A DNA stretch of 64,000 bases from Hydrurus foetidus (lineage: Eukaryota), in NCBI GenBank assembly GCA_900617105.1, contig UYFQ01000416.1, forward strand, positions 1 through 64,000, given 5' to 3'. Positions 1-9,900 of this stretch are shown piece by piece (within the stretch, counting starts at the first letter, position 1; the number at the start of each line of letters is the position of its first letter). Position numbers and translations under genes: made by a program. The notes under the pieces are model-generated. The model searched no databases. It was given only the letters and a program-made list of their open reading frames with translations, and was not told the origin of the DNA.

Positions 1-3000
1 TCATCATGGCGTGGTTGATGAGAGGTAGCACAGTATCTGAGGCCCATTTGTTGGTGAATCGCTCATCATGGACGAGCCTTCGTAGATGTCCGAGAAAGAG
101 GGCATTAACGTGCTCAGTGCCGTTAGATTCATGGCGTCCAACAAGAGATATGTGGTGAGGTATTCCGAGCCATCGGTTAAGATGGTCGAGAATGCCGGCG
201 GTGAATGCACTACCAGGGTCAGAGTAGATGGAGTCGTATGATCCAAAGGTACAGTAGTGTTTGAATAAGACAGTAGCAGCTGTGTAGGCACCGTAGTCTT
301 TGACAGGATAGGCTTGGGGAAACTTTGTGTCAAGCTCTACGACGAGAAGAAGACCAATGTAGCCGTCCTCGTCTGTTGGAGTAACGGAGACGTGGTCGAT
401 CCCAATGGAGCGAGGATGATGGAATACGGTTTCTCGAACTTCGTTGTATGGGATGGTCTTTAGAGGAAGACGGTCCTTTTGACAGATAGGGCACTCATTC
501 ACTAGATCCTGGACGACACGTAGAGGGATGCCGTGACCAGGGAATCGTCGACAGAGAGCAAGGTAGGTACGCTTGGCACCGTGATGTAGGGATCGTCCAC
601 CGTGCACAGCATCAAACATGTCGTTGATCGTGAGGGATTGTAACATGGGTGATAGGGAAGATGGTGGTTGAGTGAGAGGGTGCATGCGCGACAACCAGTC
701 TGCCACGTTGTTATCCTTGCCAGGAATATGCTTAACTGTGAAGAGATAGCTCTGTAGGAGAACACGCCAGCGGACGACTATGGGAACTTGACTGGTCTCA
801 ATCCAGACTAAGTTTCTATGGTCAGTCTCAAGTAGGAATGACTTACCACGTAGGTAGTATCCAAACTGAGTTACAGCGTAGTATAAGGCATACGCTTCTT
901 TCTTGAATGTGTCCCAATTGACAGCAGCACCAGAGTACTTGTGCGAGGCGAAGGCGATTGGCTGATGAATGATGGTGTTTTGGGAGTCGGTGAACTCTTG
1001 AAACAGGACGGCTCCTACAGCATGGTCGGAGGAGTCGGATCGTATGATCCAAGGTAGTGCGTAATCAGGGAAGTGCAATGTGACGGAGTCAGTTATAGCG
1101 ATCTTGAAGAGTTCGAAGAGATGTTCGTAGTCTTTAATCCATGTTGACTGATCCCAGTCAAACCCAGTTGCAGTGCACTCATACAAGTCAGACGCCCATG
1201 AGGCGAAGTTGGGATATGTGTGTGGAAAAAATTAGCTGCTCCCAAGAAGCTCTGCATTTGCTTCTGTGTAGTAGGGAATATCATTGATGAGATGGCGCTT
1301 TTCCTTGCATCAGAGAGTTGCCAAGATCCCGGATGAACTTCATATCCAAAGAAGGTAACCACATCGGTACCTATCCAAGACTTTTTCATTTTAAAACAAG
1401 TCCATTACTCTGACAGCGGAGGAGCACTATCTTAAGTTTATTCAGAGCATCTTGATAGCATGAGGCGAGTACTAAGAAGTTGTCGAAGATAACTACAATC
1501 CAGTCTTCAAAATCTGCAAAGATTCTACGAACGATGGACTGAAGTATACCAGATGCAGGTCCTACACCTTCAGGAAGAAATTTCGGTCGGAAGAGGCCCC
1601 AGGGTGTAGACACTGAAAGTAGGTTAGAACTGAAATCATCGATGGGAATTTGGTGGAAAGAATTTGTCATGTCAAGGTCGACAAATACTTTCCAGCCAGC
1701 AGCTTTCGCAAGAGATTGTTGGACATGGGGTATGGGTTCTTGCGGGATACTGATGTATGGATTGATGGGGCGATAGTCGCCACAGAGCCGTATGAATGGA
1801 GCGGTTGCTTTCGGTGCAATGACAAGTGGGCATGCTATTGAGATGTCGATACTTCGTAGAAGTATGTGCGCATTCTATCAAACTCTGTTTTAGCGTCTTG
1901 ATACAAGGCTTGTCGAACTGGGCGGGCTCGAGCTCTAAGTGAGTCAGGCATGCCAGGCTTTACATCAAGATGACATGGAGTCATGTTGATTCCCTTCCAT
2001 GTGCTTGGGACAAATACGTCGTACGCAAGTTCGGATTGGAGTAATTCCATAATTGCTGGACATGCAGCTCGTATTTGGGGAGTGACGTGGGTAGCTAGAT
2101 CGATATTGTATATGAGTCGAGCTTCCTTAACAGTTGTGGTAAGGTAGGCGAGGATATCATCAGGAAAGCTGGTTGGATCTGGAGTATTGAGCTCTTCTGG
2201 TGCCAAAGAATCGATTGGTTTAGACCAAGGTTGGATGATATCACCAGGATCGGGATTGCTTAGAAGAGCACTCAAGATATCATATCGAATCTCTACACGA
2301 TTGTCGGCGAAGACGTGGCCAAGATGAGGATGTGATAGTATATCTGTAGTTTACCATCCTGAAGAGCAAGTAGCTGGATTCGAGTGCTTACACTGTCGCA
2401 TATCTTGTTTTTACGCTGATGATACGCAGCATTGTGTTGTTGGAGAGAACGAGTTGCTCGTTCAATATCCTTAAGATTGCACTGACTGTGAAGTACTTGA
2501 ATTTCGACTGTAAGATCTCTCAAATGTGTTTCAAGATCATTTGTTATCGAAAGTTCGCGAGATTTTGTTACAGAGTCTGCAAACAGATCATAGAATGGGC
2601 CGATGAGGTCAACTAAACCGATGATAATGTCATGACTGAGGACGTCAAGGACACTATACCATAAGGAGTGTTGATGATTATTATTGGCGGAATCTAGTAT
2701 ACCAACAGTAAGAGGAACCTCGAGCTCAATCGATAGGGAGCGTGCATCACCTAGGCGGACGATGCGATCAATGGAGCGACTGAGGTCAGTGATAGTTGAA
2801 GGTAGGCGGTTATAGACGTCACGGGAGATAAAGTTACTTCCTTGAGCTCCTGTATCAAGTAGACCGCGATCGAATGGGATTGGATCATTATCAGTTATGA
2901 TGATACCAGAGCGAATAAATGGTTGGCAAAGTGTCTGCGAGGGTGTTGAAGTAGCAGATGCTAGTTGGTTGAGTAAAGCTTCTGTAATAACGTTGTCGGG

Positions 3001-3087
3001 GTCAAAGACATTTGCGTGTTGGAGATCTGGGGGAGAGGCGAGGTGATCTTCCGTGTGCATTTCAGCCATGGAAGGCCTCGCGAACCC
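1..3087 (-). CDS. pol: Gypsy-1 pol polyprotein (PR-RT-RNaseH-integrase), broken by four single-base deletions, partial
   Basis: ORF pieces 2293-3087, 1839-2350, 1389-1838, 1211-1388 and 1-1210 join into one protein if one base is added at ~2350, ~1839, ~1388 and ~1211. No nonsense codons seen in the corrected frame; open at position 1. Confidence 0.85.
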
Positions 3088-4773
3088 CTATTTCTGATAT
3101 GGGCGCGTCGGTGTTGACAATGGAGGAGGTCGTGCTGCTCCTGGCACTTGTGGGGGTCCATAGTGTTTGTATCCATGTGAGTTGCTCGTTTTAACTCCAC
3201 TTGTCGGTTCCTGTTTGGGTGAAGACCACGGTTCTAGCTGTCCGTGCAGTAGCAATTCACGCTTGGTGAGAAGCGAGAAAGACTGAATACAGCGTTCCTG
3301 GCCGGCGGTTGAGTGATCGAAGGTGCAGCCGGAATGTTGGCGAGCGCATTTGCCGTAGACGAATGCTTCACTGCAGTATCCACGGAAGGTTGCGGAAACA
3401 GCTGATCGGGACCGATGCTGATCGACATTGATCGCAAGAAGAGATTCATCCTCAGGGTCTAGTGTGTCGACACGATCCTGAGGTCTGTCTTCATGTACTT
3501 CATGAATCAGGTCATCTTCATCTTCGAGGTCTTCTTCGTTGCATGCATTCTCGGATGCATTGAACAGTGGGTTAGCAGACGTTGCTAGCGACGAGAAGTT
3601 TGATTGTGGACGCTGATCGTATTTGCGAGGAGTGACAAATGGCTGACGACCTGTATTGGACACCTGATGTCGGGTATGAGATTCGCCTTGAGTGTATCTC
3701 AGATCTTCGTAGCGAATAGGAGTGAGCCTGGCGTCCAAGTCCTGTCGTGCTTCGCTTTGAGCACGACCTTCCATTAGTCGAGCCCTAACAAACTTGACTG
3801 CTTGTTCTACAGACTTCTGCTTAATGAGCTCGTCCTTGCTGAGCCATTGCAAGATGGAGTCTTTCTGAGCACCAAGGGAGATGAGCCACAAAGCGATTTG
3901 GCCAGGGCTGTCTCTTGTGCCGTAACCAGGTACTGGCATCTTGGATTTGTTGGCGCTGTGATTTGAGGTTTCTTCAGACATCAGATCATGCAGATGGAGC
4001 AAGTCAGTGAGCGACTTCATTAGAGGGGCATAGAAGGTGCTAGAGAAGTTGTCGGTGCTGATTGATGGTGTCTGTGGTATTCCTTTGCCAAGAAACAATA
4101 TAAGTTCCTTGGAGTACAATTCTTTTGTTCGAGGTCGTGCAGCTTCCACGAGGATAGCTTGAACCTCGGAGTTGGTTAAAGATAACCAATCTTCTACCAT
4201 GACCTCGTTTGGTTCGGCGCCAGTGATAACTGACTCTCGATACTGGTGTGAGTTCCATGATGCCAATACGTGAGGGCGTAGATTGTATGAAACCATGTGG
4301 GCCATTTTGATTTCACGTCCTGGATATTTGGAGGAAAGCAATTGAAGTTGGCGAGAAAGGTACTGGAGGCCTTCTAGAGAACTGATCTTGAGTTCCTTGT
4401 CGTAAACGATGTCAGCTTGGAGGACTTGGATGTTTGGTTTGGTCGGCATGTCTGGTCTATCAGTGTTGTCTGGAAGTGATTCCAGATTGTTCGGTTGGTA
4501 GTGCGGCATGCCGAAGAACATCGATGATCTTCTCCCGCGATTGCGATCAGGAAGTGGAGTATCGATGAACTCATCACGTAGTGGAGATTTCAAGTTCGAT
4601 TTCTTGATTTCCAGGATTGCGTCTTTGAGTTCGCCGATATCGGTGCGATGGCGAAATTGGATTTCGCTACTTGTAGCTAGGAACTGATGGAACATTTCCT
4701 TGAGCTCCAAGATAGGATCATCCAAAGGCTCATCCTCTGGATCTTTCTTTGGGATTCCTTGTCCTTCGGACAT
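3088..4773 (-). CDS. gag: Gypsy-1 Gag with C-terminal CCCH zinc finger
   Basis: Intact ORF of ~560 aa (ATG 4773, MSEGQG...) between the LTR and the protease; contains C-x8-C-x6-C-x3-H (CSEAFVYGKCARQHSGCTFDH); ends in TAG at 3088-3090. Confidence 0.8.
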   Translation of the reverse strand: MSEGQGIPKKDPEDEPLDDPILELKEMFHQFLATSSEIQFRHRTDIGELKDAILEIKKSNLKSPLRDEFIDTPLPDRNRGRRSSMFFGMPHYQPNNLESLPDNTDRPDMPTKPNIQVLQADIVYDKELKISSLEGLQYLSRQLQLLSSKYPGREIKMAHMVSYNLRPHVLASWNSHQYRESVITGAEPNEVMVEDWLSLTNSEVQAILVEAARPRTKELYSKELILFLGKGIPQTPSISTDNFSSTFYAPLMKSLTDLLHLHDLMSEETSNHSANKSKMPVPGYGTRDSPGQIALWLISLGAQKDSILQWLSKDELIKQKSVEQAVKFVRARLMEGRAQSEARQDLDARLTPIRYEDLRYTQGESHTRHQVSNTGRQPFVTPRKYDQRPQSNFSSLATSANPLFNASENACNEEDLEDEDDLIHEVHEDRPQDRVDTLDPEDESLLAINVDQHRSRSAVSATFRGYCSEAFVYGKCARQHSGCTFDHSTAGQERCIQSFSLLTKRELLLHGQLEPWSSPKQEPTSGVKTSNSHGYKHYGPPQVPGAARPPPLSTPTRPYQK

Positions 4774-4972
4774 TGTTGAAGGATAGCAGCTGTAGATGTG
4801 GTCGATTTGCAAAGACTTTTCAATTCAGCTCTCCTAAGGAATTCAATTTACCTCAGAGATTCTAAATCTCGCGGAGCCAGGGCGATCACTGCTTGCTGGC
4901 GGAAAGGAAAGAATCAACTGAGACTTAGACGTTGTCTCGTCTCGTGTAAACTAGAAATATATATTTATGCTG

Positions 4973-5296
4973 TGTCACGGTTTCAGCAACTGGCTGAAGA
5001 CGAAGCTTTGAATTTCAAGTTGGGCAAATGGGCACAACAGGTTGGCTTGTCAGTCAAATGGGACTGATCAAGGAGATTGGCTGACTCAATTGAGTCAAAG
5101 TCGGTTTGGGTGGTTTAATAACGGTAGTTAATTAAGGTGTGAAAGGAGTGCGAGATTAGCGCTAAACGAGCACACTGCAACTTGAAGTTGTAGAACAATC
5201 AGAAATTGAAAACTGGTTCGAAAACTAGTGGTTACAAGCAAAGTTCAATGTGGCTGTACGTACGAGTGAGTAATATATATAGTGGAGACTATAACA
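4973..5296 (-). repeat. Putative 5' LTR of Gypsy-1
   Basis: Minus strand TGTTATAG... to ...CCGTGACA (TG..CA termini with an imperfect inverted repeat) and a U5 hairpin TTCAGC/GCTGAA. Copia integrase coding sequence resumes right after ~5304. The outer end could be 5303, and the partner LTR is outside the window. Confidence 0.55.
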
Positions 5297-5303
5297 GCTA
5301 ACA

Positions 5304-6592
5304 ACCCACTTGAGGTACGTCAAATTTCCACTCCAAGTTTCCCCAGCTGCCTACGAGGCTCTTGACAGCTCCTCTCCGTCGCTCAAGATCACGGATGTCC
5401 GAGTTCTGCGCAGCGAGGACTGCGATGAAGTGGTTGATCCCGATCTTACTTCAGGCCGTCCCGACTCTTTAGATCTGCTGTGTTTAGCCATATATGCAAC
5501 AGTTAAAGTCCCCAGGTGGGATACTTAACTAGTATTTTGCCGAGTCGATAAACATAATATCGATTGACAGCACCTGATCCCTCTTAACTAGTTTCGTGCT
5601 GACTGAATATCAGCGATGGCAGTAGCTCTCTTCACTGTTTTCCCTTTCATCGAAGCTATATCTTTGCCCCATATTGCATCAGCGACCTGAAAGTCTCTCG
5701 CTGTGATGTCGAAGTTGCTCCCACTGTTCACGATTGACATCGCGTGTTCCACCGTTGGAAAGCCCATCCTAGCTAACAGCTAACGGGCTCGTCTCGCCTG
5801 CTAAATCTCTCGTTTCGTAAACGACTTCAAATTCTCCTTCACAGTAGTTACCAGCGCTCTCTCGTGCTCGACATCTCGCCAGTCACATGAGTAGAACCTT
5901 CCCTCGCTTCCGACTACTCGCTTCCTTCCGAATCGGTATATCCTCTTGCTACCCTTCGGTTGAAGGGTAAAGCAATCCCTCAGGTGATCATATCTTATTG
6001 ACGCTCCCGAGTCAATCTGCGATGCGAACGACAGGATATTCGCTGAAGCCGCACTGCTGTAGTACACTGTTCCGAACCTCGTTGTCTTAGACCTCGTATC
6101 CGAGACTCTTATTTCGTCTTCCAGTGACTCTCCTTCGTAGTCTTCGTCAGATTCCGCCACTGTCACGTGGACTTTTTCTGATGACGACGATTTCTTCTGC
6201 GGGCAGTTCCTCGCGTAGTGTCCCATGGTTTCGCACTTGAAACATTCGATGTCTGCTAGGGATTTTTTCCCGCCGCCTCCGGCTTTCCCTGCTTTCTTTT
6301 CCGGGTCCTTAGCGGCCGTGACGTGGACTCCCTCCTCTGTCACGTACGCCGCGTTCGCACCCGCTGGTGCTAGTGTGGGTGCGGAGGGAGGGGCTCGGTC
6401 ATTCCACTCAGAGGATATGTGGAAGGCTAGTGCGAGTGTGTTGGGGAACGCGCCCGGTTTGCGGCGTAGGGCGTCGTGCTTCATGTCGTCCAGCATGACC
6501 TTGTACCGTCGAGTGTCGAGTTTCCCGAGGAAGTCCAGCGCTCGCTTGGACTCGGTCATTTCGGCGATACCCACGGCTGCATTAGCCGTCAC
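5304..6592 (-). pseudogene. Copia A gag C-terminus, deleted protease and integrase remnant
   Basis: ORF 5801-6592 has a zinc knuckle; the catalytic protease D-x-G/A motif is missing; premature stops at ~5801 and ~5780; the integrase core is frameshifted down to ~5310. Confidence 0.8.
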
Positions 6593-6865
6593 TGTAGCCT
6601 AGCACGTACGTTCACCGTACGCTTCGTATACGTTTGTATATATTCACGTATGTATATAATTCACGCACCCATAGTCTATTTTCATCCACATCAACTGTCC
6701 ACCGGTAACGGACGCTCATCAGCATCAGCACCCTTGTAGCCTATCGTTTGTGTCTGTTGTTAGCTGCTTGCTCGCTTCTTTCACAAACTGTAACTAACCT
6801 AACAGTTTACTCCAGCATACCGTCTTTACCCGGATTCTTCGTACTCGAATCCGGCCGCGACTACA
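6593..6865 (+). repeat. 5' LTR of Gypsy-2
   Basis: Direct repeat of 12499-12771, identical by eye; TG...CA termini; U5 hairpin CCGGATTC-N9-GAATCCGG. Confidence 0.97.
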
Positions 6866-6965
6866 ATATTAATATTGAGAGTTGTTAGACGAACTCTCGT
6901 TACTGGAGAGCTAGATAGATTTTCAACCGCCGACATCCGACGACCATCTGGCACTGATCACCAGT

Positions 6966-9900
6966 ATGGTTTCCAGCAACCGACGAAGACTTTCCAGGGT
7001 ATCGGCCGTTTCGACGGCTCCCCTGTCGATTTCCCAGGAAGCGCCATCAACCGACGCCGTCGTCGATATCGTCGCCGACACCATGGACGCTAGCACAACG
7101 GGAGATTCCGACTCGGCGAATCCTCCCTCGCTTCCAGATCCATCTGTTGCTGCGACTGACGTCGCAGCACATCTATCTATCGCCTCTAACCCCTTCTCGA
7201 ATTTGGCCCCCGGCGTGGGAGGGGGAAACCCCTTGCAAAATTTTTTGCAGCCATCTTCCGCTCCATCTGGAGCTATTACAGCGGATCTAGCGATATCCCA
7301 AGCGGGGGAAGTCTCTGTTGAACATCAACAACTTCCCCAGCGAGTGGATGGAGTATCTTTGGAGCCGGCGCCTTCGCCGCCAGCACCATCGCCATCATCA
7401 TCCACGATGATATCCATCACCGCCGACACCACCGCCATCACCGCCATCGCCGCCACCGACATCACGCCAACACCTGTCATTGTGCGTGATGTTTTGCCTG
7501 CTTTGTCTGTGCTGCCTGTGTCATCTGCCGCAGTTTTGCCTGCAAACCCGGTGCAAACCGATTCCCTGTTGCCCACTTCAGACAGCAATGTCATGAACAG
7601 TAATGTTCAGAGTGTGGCAACTTTTGCTACCGTTGGTGGTGTTACTAACGATGTTGTTGTTTCAAACCTTGCTGCACGCTATCTATTACCTCATGAAAAG
7701 GTTAGAAAGCTCAGCAAGGTTCCAACTCATCTGGAAGTTTTAAGCATCACCAACGACCTTCGCAAGAATGGTTGCCCCTATACGTTTCTTGACGTGGTAC
7801 CATTAGACGTCGAGCAATCTCTTGTAACACTCCTGCAAAGGCAGTATTGCACAGAGAGAGCAATTCGCGACGAGTGCGAAGAGTGGAAGTCATGGACTAC
7901 CGAGAGATTCTGCAAAGAACTCCTCAAGGCAGTACCTGATGAGTCCATCGATACACCTTTGGGTCAGGCATCGTTCCTCGAGCAAGTCTCATCGTTCAAT
8001 TTCAGATTTGATTTGAACAACATTGAGACTGACTCCTGTAACGATACTGCCCTTGGTGCATTGGTAGCAAATTTCCCCAGCACTACTGCTGAGGAACAGC
8101 TTAAGGCTGTTAAGATTCTAGAGCGTCAGTTGCCTACCCACCCCGTCAATTGGCAGCTCATCTTACGCCGCAAGGTGAACGGTGAGACTGTTCCAATCAA
8201 CGATTTGAAAGACTTTCGATTCGTTTGGTGGACGCAACTGACTACTCTCAGAAACTCAGCTAACGAGCTTCGGGCTGCTGGTTATGAGGTTACTCCAGGC
8301 CCAGCTACGCGTTCTAAAGATAAGCCTATCTCCAAACGCGCTGCTGAGCCTGATGAGGACACCATCAAACCACGTGCTAAGTCCGCGAAGACTGCAAAGT
8401 CTTCGAATCCCTCAACCACTCGCACCGTACAGGTCTGTGTTGGTTGTGGAAGATCTAATCACACTATCTCTGTGTGTAGATTTACTGCATCACCCTACTT
8501 CAATTCTTCTGACAGTGCATATGCTGATAGCAATGCATTTAAGAAACTGAAAAAGGATTACCCTGATGCATTGGTTGCAAGAGGAGCGTACGTGCCTACC
8601 ACCTCCTCTTCTTCCTCTTCTTCTACTGCTACCGCGTCAGCCTCGGCTGTACCGGAGGGTCCGTCTAAGCCGGTCACTAAGCAAAAGAGCTTAAAGAAGA
8701 CAAGTAAGTTATCATCAACTATTAGTTTCACTGATGTTGTTATTCCTTCTTCCATATTGGGAGCTCTTACGAACCTTTCGTCAGCTGACTTTCTAACTGC
8801 TACTGTCTCCTATGTGTCACAGCCCAGCCAGCCAAGAAATGAAGTCCAAGTACTGATCGATACGGGATCGCTCGCCGGCAATTTTGTTGCCATGCGTGTA
8901 ATTAAGAATTTTCATTTAGAAGAATTTATTATTTTCGACAAGACACTGACTGTTTGTTCAGCCTTAGATGGAAAATGTTATAACATTTCTAAGTCTATAA
9001 ATTTGAAAATGACTTACTTTTCTGAACGTTTAAATAAAAATACTTTTTTAAATTTCAAAGCAATTATTTTAAACAAGTCTTCAGTCGATGTTGTGATCGG
9101 ACGAGTGACAATTCGGGAATCACAAATATTCCTCGAGTTGCCTAGTCAATTAGCATCGACTAATATAGTGCACAGGGCAGCGACCTCAGTAACACCCCAA
9201 AGGGTTATTGTATCAGGTCTACTAGCTTCTCTCGTCATTCAATCCGAGAATACATCTCAACTGGCTATGCCAGATGATGATGAAATCGGTGAACATGAGG
9301 CTAGTACCTTTTCACCTTGGTTACCGGATACCAATCCGGAACCGGTTGACCCAGTATCCCTGATTAACATATCGGGTACTCCTGAACTTCAGGAGTTGAT
9401 TAGACTACTCTGTATTGAATACAGAGATATCTTTTCAAATACACTTTCATCTCAGCCTGCTTCTATTCCTCCTTTTGATCTGGTTGTTCAGGACCCTAAG
9501 TGGCGTGTCTCTAAAAATAGACAACCACCTAGACCTCAATCAGCAGCCAATCAGAAGGAGATTACTAGACAATTAAATATCCTCATTGAGCAGGGTATTA
9601 TTGAGAAATCCACGGCGGCTTATTATAGCCAAGGATTTTTAGTAACTAAGGCTGACGGATCTAAAAGATTCGTTATAGATTACCGTAACTTGAACGAATG
9701 TACGGAACATGCCTCTTGGCCCGTACCGAACATAACGGAAATGTTACAGAGAATCGGTTCTCAGAAACCGACGATCTTTGGCACGGTGGATTTTGCTCAA
9801 GCATACCATCAAGCCGCATTAACACTCGCTACTAAAAAATATACTTCGTTTATATTATATAGTGGTGTCTATCAGTTTACTAGACTACCTTTTGGTCTAA

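Larger units (their letters stand above)
1..5296 (-). mobile_element. Ty3/Gypsy LTR retrotransposon (Gypsy-1), 3' part runs off the window
   Basis: Order on minus strand is gag, protease (LLDTGAQGSNFI), RT (DLDMTNSFHQI...IFDN), RNase H (RSDSSDHAVGAVLFQ, ETDHRNL, NNVADWLSR), then integrase (H..H..CPIC; GIDH, SDPGSAF, ESNGTEH). PR-RT-RH-INT is the Gypsy order. Inserted into the integrase of Copia A at ~5300. Confidence 0.93.
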
